Positions 1 to 10,321 of a stretch of DNA of 64,000 nucleotides are shown one piece after another (within the stretch, counting starts at the first letter, position 1; every line of letters starts with the position of its first letter). Source of the stretch: an uncultured Alphaproteobacteria bacterium (GTDB lineage Bacteria; Pseudomonadota; Alphaproteobacteria; Rhizobiales; Beijerinckiaceae); contig CAVZNQ010000042.1 of assembly GCA_963776665.1 (NCBI GenBank), forward strand, positions 4,340 to 68,339, read 5' to 3'. The position numbers and the translations under genes were made by a program. Under the pieces are notes generated by a model. The model worked only from the letters and a program-made list of their open reading frames with translations. It had not been told where the DNA came from and did no database searches.

Positions 1-16
1 GGTCACGTTCCGGCCG

Positions 17-478
17 ATGCTGAGATGGCCCAAGATCGCACAGGTCCGAGCGGCCCGATACGCAATCCTGCTTGACCTCCGAGGCCACGCGATCCCACAG
101 CGCATTCGGGTCTCGTGGACAAAGGTGCATTTCGGTGGTGACCGGCCCTGGCTCCATTGTCCCCACTGCGAAAAGAGAGTCGCCAAGCTCTACAAAGGGC
201 TGAGCGGCTATTTCTGCCGGGCCTGTGTCGGCAATCCGATTTATGCCAGCCAAGCCCTCAGCGCTCAAGCTCGGCCGCATTTCCAAGCATGTAAGCTCCG
301 ACTGCGTCTGGGCGGCATCGCGTCTCTCGCCGCGCCCCTTCCTGAGCGGCCGCGTGGCATGCATCGGGCCACATATCGCCGACTGAAGGATCGATTGCTG
401 AAGCTTGAGGGCAACCTCTCTCCCCGCGCAAAGTACAAGCCGCCTGACTACCCGAACCTGGTGGCCTATTTCCCGTAG
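17..478 (+). CDS. Hypothetical zinc-binding protein typical of alphaproteobacterial mobile regions (possibly 5'-truncated)
   Basis: FGGxRPWLHCPHC...YFCRAC...YASQ, two CxxC motifs. Confidence 0.6.
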   Translation: MLRWPKIAQVRAARYAILLDLRGHAIPQRIRVSWTKVHFGGDRPWLHCPHCEKRVAKLYKGLSGYFCRACVGNPIYASQALSAQARPHFQACKLRLRLGGIASLAAPLPERPRGMHRATYRRLKDRLLKLEGNLSPRAKYKPPDYPNLVAYFP

Positions 479-499
479 CAGACTGCCCAGACAGCGGCC

Positions 500-685
500 G
501 TGAGCGGTTCGGCTTACTGGAAGAAAGTGCTAGGCGCGCTGAAAGCCGGCCAATGGACGTCGGCTAACCTACCGCAGGGCAACAACTGTCGCGTGGATTT
601 GCGCGGGAAATACGCCGATGGTCAGTCGGCGGATGTTTCCAATGTTGAAGTTTGTTCGGATAAGACGGTCAACCTGACCAACTGA
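500..685 (+). pseudogene. C-terminal fragment of a small secreted two-Cys protein
   Basis: CRVDLRGKYADG...NVEVC pattern; no signal peptide or RBS. Confidence 0.35.
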
Positions 686-686
686 C

Positions 687-761
687 GAACCCTCGACCTG
701 GGCGATAATGCTGCTCGGCCTCGCGGGGCTCGGCTTCGTGGGCTATCGCCAGCGGCAGACG
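687..761 (+). pseudogene. Orphan PEP-CTERM (PEPxxWA-type) sorting tail
   Basis: Reads EPSTWAIMLLGLAGLGFVGYRQRQT; in-frame TGA at 675-677 and no upstream body. Confidence 0.75.
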
Positions 762-893
762 TTCAAGGGCGCAGCCCAGCATCTGACGACGGCCGCAAAC
801 GAAAGCGGCCGCCGAGCCCCCTCGACAGCCGACTTATGTGCACCATGGAGCGCGCTCAGACTTAGGCCCCAGGGCGGTCCTGCGCTGAAGGTG

Positions 894-1498
894 TTACTCC
901 CGGTAGTTGGGATCGAATTGCGGCGCCGCTGACTGGGAGTAAAGGTAAGAATCAAGATGCTTCTGAACCGCGAAGCTCGCACCGGGACGGTCAAACGCCA
1001 TGACGATATTGATTCTTTCTCCGCTTTCCACTCGGCGCACGCTGTGCAGGCACTGATCGCCTCGCATGACGATCATCATGCCAGTGCGCGGTGCGACGCA
1101 CATCTTCTTCCCGAATAACCGCAAGAGGAAAGGCTGCCGCGAGATCTTGTCGAGCCAACGCTGCGCGATCGTGTCCTTGTATCTCCCCAGGTAAATGCGA
1201 CAGCCGGGATACATCTCGGTTTCACCGCCGGAAACTTGGTTGAGGTAAAGAATGCCCGTTACCGCGTTTCGGTCGTAATGCCAGCGGTACTCGCCACCAA
1301 GGCCGCAGGCACAAGGGTAGGAATGAAATGTATTATCCGACCAAGCATGGGCTGGCGATTGCGCGCCGCGCACCGGAAATGTCTGCGGATGAAATAGATA
1401 ATCTCCCTGCCTCGGCAAAAGTCCAGTTTCAAACTCCCACCGATGATCCGGTTCTTCTGGAATCCCGAGTCAGCCTTCTCCGGCGGAACGAGGATCAC
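894..1498 (-). pseudogene. 2OG-Fe(II) dioxygenase, N-terminus disrupted
   Basis: WHYD (HxD) ... GGETE ... LHSVRRV...R motifs in the 894-1418 frame; upstream part split into another frame. Confidence 0.65.
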
Positions 1499-1584
1499 GC
1501 CGATATCAGCACCGTCTCAGATCGCCGCAATGGGAATCTTCTTCGCCCTCCATGCGATTGTTAGCAATCTTGGAGTTTGCACGT

Positions 1585-1920
1585 ATGATTTTAGGCCCGT
1601 GGAACTGGCAGGTGCGCTGCTGATGGTCGGAGCGGCGAGCGCGGCATTCGCGAGCGATCCGCCGTTTCTAGGGATTGGGCGCGCGGCGATGGCAAGACTG
1701 ATATCCGAGTTGAACGCTGCGGCGGGGAGGTTTGCGCTCTCAACACCTCTCTCAACATCACGCCGCCGGCGCGGCGGGTTGGTCAGGGAACGCCTTCGAT
1801 CCACAGCGCAATCAAACCTATACGTTGAACGTCCATGTCGCCAATGACCGCATGACCACCGATGGATGCGTAGTGGGCGGCCTCATGTGCAGGAGCATGA
1901 GTTGGGCGCGCCTGAAATGA
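1585..1920 (+). pseudogene. DUF2147-family secreted protein, frameshifted
   Basis: Signal-like ASAAFASD, then WARGDGKTDIRVERCGGEVC, then GCVVGGLMCRSMSWARLK in different frames. Confidence 0.65.
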
Positions 1921-1965
1921 GTAAGCTAGCATTTCGGACGCCCTTGAAGGAACAGACGGTCGCCT

Positions 1966-2519
1966 ATGAAGCTCGGAATGATCGTCGCCAGCACGCGTCC
2001 GGGATCGGCCATCTGATCGGGCAGTGGGCGCACGAGCGCGCTGTCGAGCATGGCAAGTTCGACATCGACCTCCTCGATCTCGCGAAGTTCCACCTGCCGC
2101 TATACGACGAGCCGAAGCATCCTTCGCTTCAGCAATATGAGCACGATCATACGAAGCGATGGGCGGCGAGCGTCGCTGCGGCCGATGCGTTCGTGATCGT
2201 CACCCCGGAATACAATTACGGGCCGCCGCCCTCGCTCATCAACGCATTTGATTACGTCTACAAGGAGTGGAACTATAAACCAGCCGGTTTCGTCAGCTAC
2301 GGCGGGGTCTCTGGAGGGCTTCGCGCTGTCCAGATGGAGAAGCAGACCCTCACGACGTTGAAAGTCGTGCCGATCGTCGAGGCGGTCGTCATCCCCATGG
2401 TGGCGCAATCGATCGCCGACGGGCGGTTCAACGGCAACGAGCTGCAAACACAGGCCGCGAAGGTCATGCTGGACGAGCTCCTGCGCTGGGCGGTCGCGCT
2501 TAAGACGCTGCGGGGGTGA
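1966..2519 (+). pseudogene. NAD(P)H-dependent FMN reductase, copy 1 (4-nt deletion near N-terminus)
   Basis: ATG MKLGMIVASTRP is out of frame with TPEYNYG...SYGGVSGG; comparison with copy 2 shows TCTC is missing. Confidence 0.8.
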
Positions 2520-2794
2520 CGCGGATCAGCATGCTACTGGCGGGAGGCTGAGCGGCCGCATCGATTGCAGCCCTCTCGAAAGGCGGGTCCCGCTTTTTCT
2601 CGGTTTTTTTAACTGGGCCAGGGATGTAAACGCCAGCCTGAAAAGGAAGGGTCCAGCCCGAGAGCTACGCGGGAAAGTCGGTGACGGCGTGAATCAAGCG
2701 GCGGATTTGATTTCGGCGACAGCTTCGATTCCGTCTTTGAACTTTATACCGTTTGGCCTTGAGGGCGCGGCCGGCTCGGAGGAAAGGATTGATC

Positions 2795-3409
2795 ATGTTG
2801 CCATGGTTGCGCCGCTGGCGCGAGCAGGATGATCGAAGCCTCGTTGCCAATATCTGCGCCGCAGCAACCCTTGGGGCAATGCTCACCGTTGCCGGCTGTT
2901 CCGTAGAGCCCGAGCCACGCGTGGTCTATACCCGTTCCGCCACCACCCTTGCGAAGGTTCAACTCGATCCAGTCGCCGCTACCGCCAAGCTCAATGCCTA
3001 TCGCGCTGAGAAAGGCCTGAATCCTCTCCGGCTCGACCCGACCCTGACTGCGGTGGCTGAGCGCCAAGCGCAGGCAATGGCGAAGAGCGGGGTGATGTCC
3101 CACGACGTAGACGGGTCGCTTTCAGCTCGCCTCGCAGCGAGCGGAATTAACGCCCAGATCGGGGAAAACCTCGGCGCTGGCTACATGAGCTTCGACGACG
3201 TCATGGCCGGCTGGCGCTCCTCGGCTGGCCATGACGCCAATCTGCTCATGTCTGGCGCCACCCGATTTGGCGTTGCGCTCGCGAAGAACCGGAGCGACGC
3301 CTATGGAGCCTATTGGGCGATGGAAGTGGGCGCCGAACAGCGCTCAGGCGGCGCGCCAGAAGTGGTGTGGCTTTTTCCGCTTCCCGTCGTGTTGATCAAG
3401 TCCCAGTAG
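2795..3409 (+). CDS. CAP/SCP domain lipoprotein
   Basis: LNAYRAEKGL...MSH...GENLG...W.SS.GH..NLL motifs; VAGC lipobox. Confidence 0.85.
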   Translation: MLPWLRRWREQDDRSLVANICAAATLGAMLTVAGCSVEPEPRVVYTRSATTLAKVQLDPVAATAKLNAYRAEKGLNPLRLDPTLTAVAERQAQAMAKSGVMSHDVDGSLSARLAASGINAQIGENLGAGYMSFDDVMAGWRSSAGHDANLLMSGATRFGVALAKNRSDAYGAYWAMEVGAEQRSGGAPEVVWLFPLPVVLIKSQ

Positions 3410-3727
3410 AGCGTGGGGGGCAGTTCCGGCTCGCGCCCGCCCCTGCTAAAGTTCCACGCGAAGGGCCACAATCCTCGCCGCGCCTCCGAGACCTTGGCGC
3501 GAAATCTCGCCCATCCCTAAAAGAGCCCGTGCCACTCGGCCCAGGCGACCGCCAGGAATACGGCGACGACGAGGACGATGCGGAGCAAAAGCCTGATAGC
3601 TCGCATTGCATGGCTGCTCACTATCGTGAGGGCGTCAGGACTGCCCTTACCGCATCATGATCGCCGCGACCACCAGCGCGGCCGGCCGCCTCCAAGCAGC
3701 GGCAGAGTGGTCTATGTCGTTTTTGCA

Positions 3728-4468
3728 ATGAGCGTCGTTGAACTTCTCGCTTGCGTATGGAACGTCGGTTGTTGGAGGCCGTCACCGCTCACCCGCCAGT
3801 GTGTGGGTTCGCTGGCGCTGGCCCTGCCCGTCGCGGCTCTCGGCTTCCTCTTCCCCGTGCAGGCCAAGGCCGAGCCCGGCTCAATGACCTTTCGAGTTGC
3901 GCCGCTGGAAATGGAGCAATGCGGCGCGCGTTGCCCGCATGTGATCATCGCCGATGGTCTCATCGAGACGGGCACGCCGCTGGCATTCGTCGATTTCCTC
4001 AGGGCCGAAAGCTCGGATGCCGACCTACGGCACATCGTGTACCTCAATTCGCGCGGCGGCAACGTCGTCGCCTCCATGGATTTTGGCCGTATCCTGCGCG
4101 AACTAAGGATGGCCGCCGTGGTGGGCCGGTTCGAAGACGACGGCGCAGGGTATTATGTTGGCGAGTGCGTATCGGCCTGCGTCTACGCAATGATGGGTGC
4201 GGTAAAGCGCGTCGCGCCCCCTGGAAGCGAAGTTGCCTTGCATCGGATGTCGGTCGTCGAGACGGAGAGCGGACTTTCGGGAGACGCGACACGCGTCGCA
4301 CGAAGCTACGCTGACCCGCCGATGGTCGGCGTACTCAAGCGCTATGCGCAGCGGATGGGGGTGAGCCCCGCGCTGGTTGGTGCGGCGGAATCGCTCCCCC
4401 CTGATACTGTGCACGTGCTCACGCGCGAGGAAATGCACCGCTGGTCATTCGCGACTGGCCAGCTCTGA
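3728..4468 (+). CDS. Secreted COG3904-like (ClpP/crotonase-fold) protein; start uncertain
   Basis: LNSRGGNV...ECVSACVYAMMG...VALHR; hydrophobic segment ending AKA. Confidence 0.65.
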   Translation: MSVVELLACVWNVGCWRPSPLTRQCVGSLALALPVAALGFLFPVQAKAEPGSMTFRVAPLEMEQCGARCPHVIIADGLIETGTPLAFVDFLRAESSDADLRHIVYLNSRGGNVVASMDFGRILRELRMAAVVGRFEDDGAGYYVGECVSACVYAMMGAVKRVAPPGSEVALHRMSVVETESGLSGDATRVARSYADPPMVGVLKRYAQRMGVSPALVGAAESLPPDTVHVLTREEMHRWSFATGQL

Positions 4469-4499
4469 AAATCGAGTTCTCCTCGCAATCGGACGCTCG

Positions 4500-4670
4500 G
4501 CGCCCGCGCCCTTGCGCGCCGTCGATGACGAAGAGCGCCCAGACGTAGCCCGTCTGGTGGTTGGCGCAGGCGAAGCCCTGCACGCCCTCGTCATCCTCGG
4601 AGACGAGAAAGATCGCTTCGTTCAGGTACCATGCGACCTCCGCGTCGATGACGAGCGAGGGGTCGATCCG
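4500..4670 (-). pseudogene. GNAT acetyltransferase fragment fused to an unrelated fragment
   Basis: VQGFACANHQTGYVWALFVIDGAQGRG (motif A), truncated right after QGRG. Confidence 0.55.
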
Positions 4671-5029
4671 CCGCTGCGCCATGGCGTGCGCCAGCACCTT
4701 GTCGCCGGTATCGAGGCCCTTGGCCGTCATAACGTGAAGGGCAAGCTCCTTGGTCGTCTGAGGGCCATTGGGACCAGCCGTCGTCCCGCCGACGGGCGAC
4801 AATGGTTTCGGCGATTTTTCTCGTTCGCACCACTATTGCGGGGCTTGGAGGCGAGATCTCCCGGGATTGGCAGCCGGAAGGCCTCGTCATTCGGCTCTCC
4901 ATGCCGCGAGCACGTCTGACCGTTTGATGGCGCGTGTCCCCGCGGGCGCATGCCGACGAGGGTTGCGGCCTCTTTGGGATTGATGCGCGGCATAAGCCTG
5001 TGGGCCAGAGGCGGGCACGATGGGCAGGT

Positions 5030-5722
5030 TCAGCCAATCAAGCGCCGATATTCGGACTCGGGAGTGCCGTAAGCTTCGCCAGCGAAGCGCGTCAGTCCCT
5101 CGCGATCGTCAATCGTGATTTCCCCTCGCCGATACGAAATCAGTCCTCGTTGCCGCAGCGCCTTGAACGTTTCCGTCACGCCTGCGCGGCGCATGCCAAG
5201 CTTGTCCGACAGAACCTCGTGCGTGCTCGGCAGTGTGCAGTCTGGGATACGGTCCTGCGCCATGAGGAGCCAACGGGCAACCCGCACGTCTATTTTGCAT
5301 TGCGCGTTGCAGATCGCGGTGTCGGTTGTTTGCACGCCGAACGCCTGAACGAACCTCAACAAGGAATCCCGAAGGGACATGCTCGCCTGTATCGCTTGGC
5401 GCAACGCGCTCGCCGGAATTCGCAGACCCTTTCCCGGCGCCCGGACATAGATGGCGTGGGGAGAGCGGTGGTCGCCGAGCACGATAGGCAGCCCGGTCAT
5501 CCCTTCGCGGCCAATCAATCCGACCTCGACTTCCTTGCCGCTGCGTTGAACGGCGACGACAGATGCGAACCCTGTCTCAGGAAAACAGACGTCCTCGATG
5601 CTCTGGTTCGGCCTTTCCAGTATCTTCCCTGTCCCGAGGGTCACAGATTCGAGATGCGGCGCGACCAAATCGAAGTCGTGCCTCGAAAGGGAGGAAAGCA
5701 ATCTATTGCTTCTATTGGGCAT
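5030..5722 (-). CDS. Crp/Fnr family transcriptional regulator
   Basis: NRLLSSL...VEVGLIGREGMTG...RVARWLLM..DR...THE.LS..LG.RRAGVT HTH; GAGGGAG RBS. Confidence 0.92.
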   Translation of the reverse strand: MPNRSNRLLSSLSRHDFDLVAPHLESVTLGTGKILERPNQSIEDVCFPETGFASVVAVQRSGKEVEVGLIGREGMTGLPIVLGDHRSPHAIYVRAPGKGLRIPASALRQAIQASMSLRDSLLRFVQAFGVQTTDTAICNAQCKIDVRVARWLLMAQDRIPDCTLPSTHEVLSDKLGMRRAGVTETFKALRQRGLISYRRGEITIDDREGLTRFAGEAYGTPESEYRRLIG

Positions 5723-5755
5723 CGAGCGCTCCCTCGCACGCGCCAGTACGCCCAC

Positions 5756-5791
5756 AAAAAAGCCCGCGCTAGGGCCTCACCAACGCGGGGC
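5756..5791 (-). terminator. Intrinsic terminator just upstream of the Crp gene (module A)
   Basis: GCCCCGCGTTGG...CTAGCGCGGGC-TTTTTT on minus strand. Confidence 0.7.
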
Positions 5792-5836
5792 AAATTGCAC
5801 GCCCCGTCTTGCTCGGAATGAGGCGCTCAAACATCA

Positions 5837-5861
5837 AACACGACCGGCGCCTGATTGTTCC
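5837..5861 (-). promoter_or_regulatory. sigma-EcfG-type promoter
   Basis: GGAAC-aatcaggcgccggtcg-TGTT (16-nt spacer). Confidence 0.65.
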
Positions 5862-6574
5862 CTCCCCAGACGACGGCGGCCGAGTCGCCCCGACGGCCGG
5901 TCCATAGCGCGACCAATTGTTATCCTCTCTTGCAGCACCATTCAATTTCAACGGGTTAAGCGAACGTATCGAATCCTACCATTAGCTACCAGTGCATCCG
6001 GCGGAGCACTCGATTCCTGAACCGAGATGCTCAACCCGGTGAAGAGCCGTCCGCAACAGTCGCTTACGGCGCAGGCCGCCGCGCCGAATTATCGACGCGT
6101 CACTGAATGGCCGGCTCCCCTGAATTCGGGCACCGAACCCGGCTGCACGACGAGCGGTGCCGCCTGCACGCGCAGCTGGTAGATCACCGGCGTCAGGCTG
6201 AAGGTGGCTAGGGCGCGATAGAGCCGCGCGAGAGACTCGGCGTGTTCGCGGAATTCGAAACGCCGCGAGCGGCAAATCGAGGGATCGAGGCTGCAAAGGC
6301 GCAGCCCTCCCGCCGAATGAACCTCGCGCCCGTCCGAGTTGAGCACGCGCATTGTGACGCGGACCACGGCACTCGATTTGCATGGCACAGCTGTGCTGCC
6401 CCCTGAGCGCGCGGTTGCAGGCGGGGTTGGCTAGCGCATGGTCAGCCCCGCCTCCCAAGTTGCCAGCAGCGCCTAAACTTGTGCATCGGAGAGTTGAGCG
6501 CTGCCGCGCCCATGCTTGTCATGGAACGCAGACGCCGCCCGAAAAGAACGAAATTATCGTCTAAGCGCGTCCTG

Positions 6575-6590
6575 TGTGATGAGCGTCACA
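6575..6590. promoter_or_regulatory. CRP-family binding box
   Basis: Perfect TGTGA-N6-TCACA, 84 bp upstream of ATG 6674. Confidence 0.55.
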
Positions 6591-6673
6591 GAAAGTTGCT
6601 ATCCGACCAGGTAGAAACCCAATCGATGAAAATAGAGATCGGAACACCTCCGGTTGAACAAGGGGTAACTCAT

Positions 6674-7051
6674 ATGACCTTCACATCCATTCTTCTTTCG
6701 TCGGTCGTTCTCATCTCTTTGATTTAACCGAATTTTGCGGCGGCCAGCCACGCCGGTCACCTGGCCTCGGTCTCAACCTACAAACCGATGGCCGGCTTCA
6801 ATCACGTCGTCGGACCGACGCGCTTCGTCGGCTATTTCCTGCAACGGCCTGGCCTTTGTGAGGTCACGGTGTTCACGGCTGGGGCGGACGACGAGGCCTT
6901 GGTTTCCCCACCTGAGATCGACATCGCCGCAGCCGAGCGGAGCGAACTTCCTGCGGGCGACGGTTCGGCGCTCGCCATCGCTTGCACGGCGGACGCCGAC
7001 GCCATCAAGATCGCTCCGCAATATCAGAAGAAATTAGTCATCGCGCACTGA
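6674..7051 (+). pseudogene. Secreted hypothetical protein with an in-frame TAA at 6725-6727
   Basis: Signal peptide MTFTSILLSSVVLISLI*PNFAAASHA is in frame with ORF 6788-7051. Confidence 0.6.
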
Positions 7052-7457
7052 ACGCCGGTCATCGGGCCTCGGGCGCGCCGCCGCCCCGAGACAGCGCGCC
7101 TAAGCCATCAGCTGCTGGCCAAATTGCGGCGCGGCGAGGGCAGGCCAGGAGGGCCGCCCACGGCCCCGGAGGGGCAGGCCATGGTCACAATGGCCCTGGC
7201 GACGAACTTGGCCGCCTGTTAACATCGTGACGGTTTAGTGCCGGGAAATGTGACGTGCGGGTGACGTTAGACCAGGCGATCGAGATCCACGCCAAGGCCT
7301 TGAAATACAGGTTCGGCAAACGCGCACCCGCATTGGCCAACGAGAAGGCGGATCACTGCCTGGCTTCCGGTGAATTGGGAGGGCCATGGCGTTTGGCGGA
7401 GGGTCGCCGCTGCGGCGGAGGCGCTGCGGCGTAAAGAACCCCGCGACGCCATCTCCT

Positions 7458-7487
7458 AAAAAATACCCCGCGTGTGACTGCGGGGCA
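7458..7487 (-). terminator. Intrinsic terminator, related to modules A and B
   Basis: TGCCCCGCA-gtcac-ACGCGGGGTA-TTTTTT, followed by AGGAG-ATG. Confidence 0.55.
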
Positions 7488-7628
7488 AAAGTCAATTGAT
7501 GACGGAAGTGTCACAACTGCCGACGACGCGTCAGGCGCGCGCATTGGTCGGCGGCAGCCCGCCCTACATGCCGTCCTTTTATGACAGGATGGCAACGGCG
7601 CGAATGCCTCACGCTATTTCTTGGTCTC

Positions 7629-7949
7629 CTAGAAGACCACCCACTCGCCCCTCAGCCAGTATCCCCGGCCCGGATGTTCCCTCCAGCCGTAGTGCTGGCC
7701 GTCTTTCCAGCTCCAGTCGTAAGGGTGAACGTCCACCTGCACACCCTGAGGATAGTCGTATCGCTGGAGAGAATGCCAGCATTCTCCCGAATCATCGCAG
7801 ACGATCACCGAGGTAGGGTCGTACCCCTCGATAGGCGCTGGCGTGGTCCCCTTCGGCGCGCCCGCGAGCGTTTCCTGGGCCGAGATGAGCGTCGCAGCCG
7901 CTAAGGCGGGGAGCGTCGCCATCGACAGGACTGATATCAGGATGTTCAT
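7629..7949 (-). CDS. Conserved small secreted Trp/His-rich protein
   Basis: Signal peptide; IVCDDSGECWH...RYDYP...HPYDW...REHPGRGYW..GEW pattern. Confidence 0.75.
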   Translation of the reverse strand: MNILISVLSMATLPALAAATLISAQETLAGAPKGTTPAPIEGYDPTSVIVCDDSGECWHSLQRYDYPQGVQVDVHPYDWSWKDGQHYGWREHPGRGYWLRGEWVVF

Positions 7950-7996
7950 CTAGAACTCTTTGGGAGTGGGCAGCCTCGGGCTGCGCCTGACAACCC

Positions 7997-8021
7997 AACA
8001 CCACCGGCGGCGGGTTGTTCC
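7997..8021 (-). promoter_or_regulatory. sigma-EcfG-type promoter
   Basis: GGAAC-aacccgccgccggtgg-TGTT, 48 bp before ATG 7949. Confidence 0.65.
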
Positions 8022-8148
8022 CTTCAAACGGAAAGGCGGACAGAAGCCCGCCCGCCGGGTCCCTATTCCTGTGAAACTCGCCCCCGTCGGAGTGCCTCGA
8101 TCCGACGGGAGCCGCTGCGGCTGGTGCAGGCCGCAGCGGAGGCGGAAG

Positions 8149-8571
8149 TCAGGCGCCTTCCTCTAGTTCCACCGCCGATCCGGCGACGATGAGCCGCGTC
8201 AATGCGCATTCGACGACCCACCTGAAATGCCCGAACGTCTTCTCGGCCGAATTCAGGCGGTCGAAGAGGTCTGTCATGGGCGCATCGTCCAACTTGCGGA
8301 CGATCTCTTTCACCTCCTCTTTGGTCTTCCCGATGGTCAGCCACGCGACGCGCAACGAGATGGCATGGCTCATCGCCATCGCGCACCACTCGTCATAGGT
8401 GGGCATCTCATCGATCGTCAGCGGCTCGAAATTCATCGCCGCCCATTGTTCAGCGGTAGCGATCTTTTCGCTCTCGGCTGATGCGTCGGGTTTCGCGGCC
8501 GCGCCCGTGAGCCCGAGCGCTGAAAAGCTGGCCAAGGCGCCAAGGGCGGCGCGGCGGGTTGAGGCGGTCAT
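8149..8571 (-). CDS. Hypothetical protein with twin-arginine-like N-terminus
   Basis: STRRAALGALAS; GGGAGGG RBS. Confidence 0.55.
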   Translation of the reverse strand: MTASTRRAALGALASFSALGLTGAAAKPDASAESEKIATAEQWAAMNFEPLTIDEMPTYDEWCAMAMSHAISLRVAWLTIGKTKEEVKEIVRKLDDAPMTDLFDRLNSAEKTFGHFRWVVECALTRLIVAGSAVELEEGA

Positions 8572-8900
8572 GCGTCCCTCCCGATGCCGAAGTTCAAGAG
8601 GTCGGCCTTAATCGCACCGAGCCCAAGTAGCAGGACGAGAGTCTCTTGCCTCCCCGGTCACCCGCTCGTCGGTGAGTTCGGCTTCGAAGACCTCAAACTT
8701 TGAGCCAGACGTCCTCCGTACAGACAGCCGGCAAGGAGAATAGCTCGCGCAGAGCCGTCCTATCGGCACTAAACAGAGCCGTCACCGCCTTTTCGTCTTC
8801 GGGAAATTCGTCTCCGCCTTTGACCGGTTTGGTCGAGCTGTTGCGCGATGCCGACATGGACTCCTTCCGAACGAAGTTGCTGGCCGAACACAAGCGAAGG

Positions 8901-9154
8901 ATGGACGCATTGTCAGATCGAAGAGAGCTGTACCGCAGCCCAAACGGCGATACCTGGTTTCTTGGTCGGGAGCCGGCCAACGGTCACGCGTTCGTCATCC
9001 ACCAACCCAACGCGCCTTCTGGAGGCCGTTTGTCACACATTGAAGTGGGGGCGCTTTCCTGAGAGAGGGGGCGGGGGCGGAGCAGCAGGCTCTGTTGCGG
9101 CTAATTGGAACATTGGTGGATGTTCCTCCCTATGCCGACCGCAGCCCGGCGTGA
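8901..9154 (+). pseudogene. Conserved small hypothetical, frameshifted near 9050
   Basis: RELYRSPNGDTWFL...NAPSGG continues as FLREGAGAEQQALLRLIGTLV in another frame. Confidence 0.55.
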
Positions 9155-9597
9155 GGCTGAGGCAGGGCGCGCCCAAAGCAAATGAAAAGTTCGGCGACCG
9201 AAAAGAAGAAGACGACCGAGACGGCTGAGGTGCTCGCAGCCAGCGGCCTGGAAACTTACATTCGGAGCGACGATGGCGCGGTGATGGTCGAGATAGCGCC
9301 ATACTACTCTTTGAACGCAGAGCTTCTCGCGCTTGCGTCCGGACGCGGTCGGTGATCTGAGATGCCCCTCCGTTTGACCGTCGCGTCTCGCTCGTCCGGC
9401 CCGCGCGTGAGTCTGAGCCGCGGCGGATCATGACCAGAGGCGAGCTATTTCGGTGAGGAATCCGCATCAGCGCCCGAGGGAAGGCCGCGAATGGCGGAGG
9501 ACCTTGTTGCTAGCTGGAATAGCCGTCGGTCTACTGGTGTTGGTCGCGGCTAAGGTGTTCGCTGATTACTTCTGAGTACGGATGCGGAGAGTGAACC

Positions 9598-9798
9598 GTG
9601 GTGATCTCGCCAGCTCAGTCTCTCGCCGCACGCGGCCTCTTAAACTTGTCTCAGGTCAAATTGGCGAGGCTCGCCAATGTCAGCGGAAGTATGCTTCGCG
9701 ATTTCGAGAAGGGCCGCCGTATGCCGACAATCGATGATCTCGAGGCGATTCGCCGCGCCCTCGAGGCCAAAGGCGCCCGAATTTACGAACGGAGATGA
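9598..9798 (+). CDS. XRE-family HTH protein
   Basis: ISPAQSLAARGLLNLSQ..LA..ANVS...LRDFEKG. Confidence 0.8.
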   Translation: MVISPAQSLAARGLLNLSQVKLARLANVSGSMLRDFEKGRRMPTIDDLEAIRRALEAKGARIYERR

Positions 9799-9831
9799 GC
9801 CGGGGATTCGTCTGCGGAAGGAGCCGACCAA

Positions 9832-10014
9832 GTGAGCGACAAACCCAAACGAGCCATTGTCTATCGCGTGGTCGCGATATCGGACGGGACCTATACAGTT
9901 GAAGCGGCCGATGGCACGGGTGACATCGCCAAAACGAGGGGGTTTCTCAATAGAACCGCAGCCGACGCCTGGATTGCGGAGCAGAAACGAGCACGTGAGG
10001 GCAAGCCGGAATAA
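9832..10014 (+). CDS. Small hypothetical protein
   Basis: GAAGGAG RBS, GTG start, 60 aa. Confidence 0.5.
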   Translation: MSDKPKRAIVYRVVAISDGTYTVEAADGTGDIAKTRGFLNRTAADAWIAEQKRAREGKPE

Positions 10015-10097
10015 TCGCATATGCCGCTTAGTTTCTTCCGCCCCCGGATCGTCCCCGGCTCGCGCGTTTTAGTCTGGGCAATCGTGGCTGCGTTGCA

Positions 10098-10313
10098 TTG
10101 ATCCGGCTCACGATCACGCCGGCCGCCTATGCCGTGGTCGCCGCGACGCACCCCGCGAGCGCCCGCCTCAAGCGCAGTAGCGCGCCTAACGGCGAATTTT
10201 ACGTATGGCTCGAGCCGCAATATGTCGATCGGCTCCGTGCCATGCGGAAGCCGGATGAGAGCTACAGCGATGTCATCCTCAGGATGGCGGAGGCGAGCGA
10301 AGGCGGGGAATAG
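10098..10313 (+). CDS. Small protein with ribbon-helix-helix/antitoxin-like C-terminus
   Basis: VWLE...VDRLRAMRKPDESYSDVILRMA. Confidence 0.6.
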   Translation: MIRLTITPAAYAVVAATHPASARLKRSSAPNGEFYVWLEPQYVDRLRAMRKPDESYSDVILRMAEASEGGE

Positions 10314-10321
10314 CCGCGCGG

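Noticed and set aside
3759-3783. EcfG promoter GGAAC-N16-CGTC
   Set aside because: Mismatch in the -10 element and it lies inside the probable ORF; could be chance
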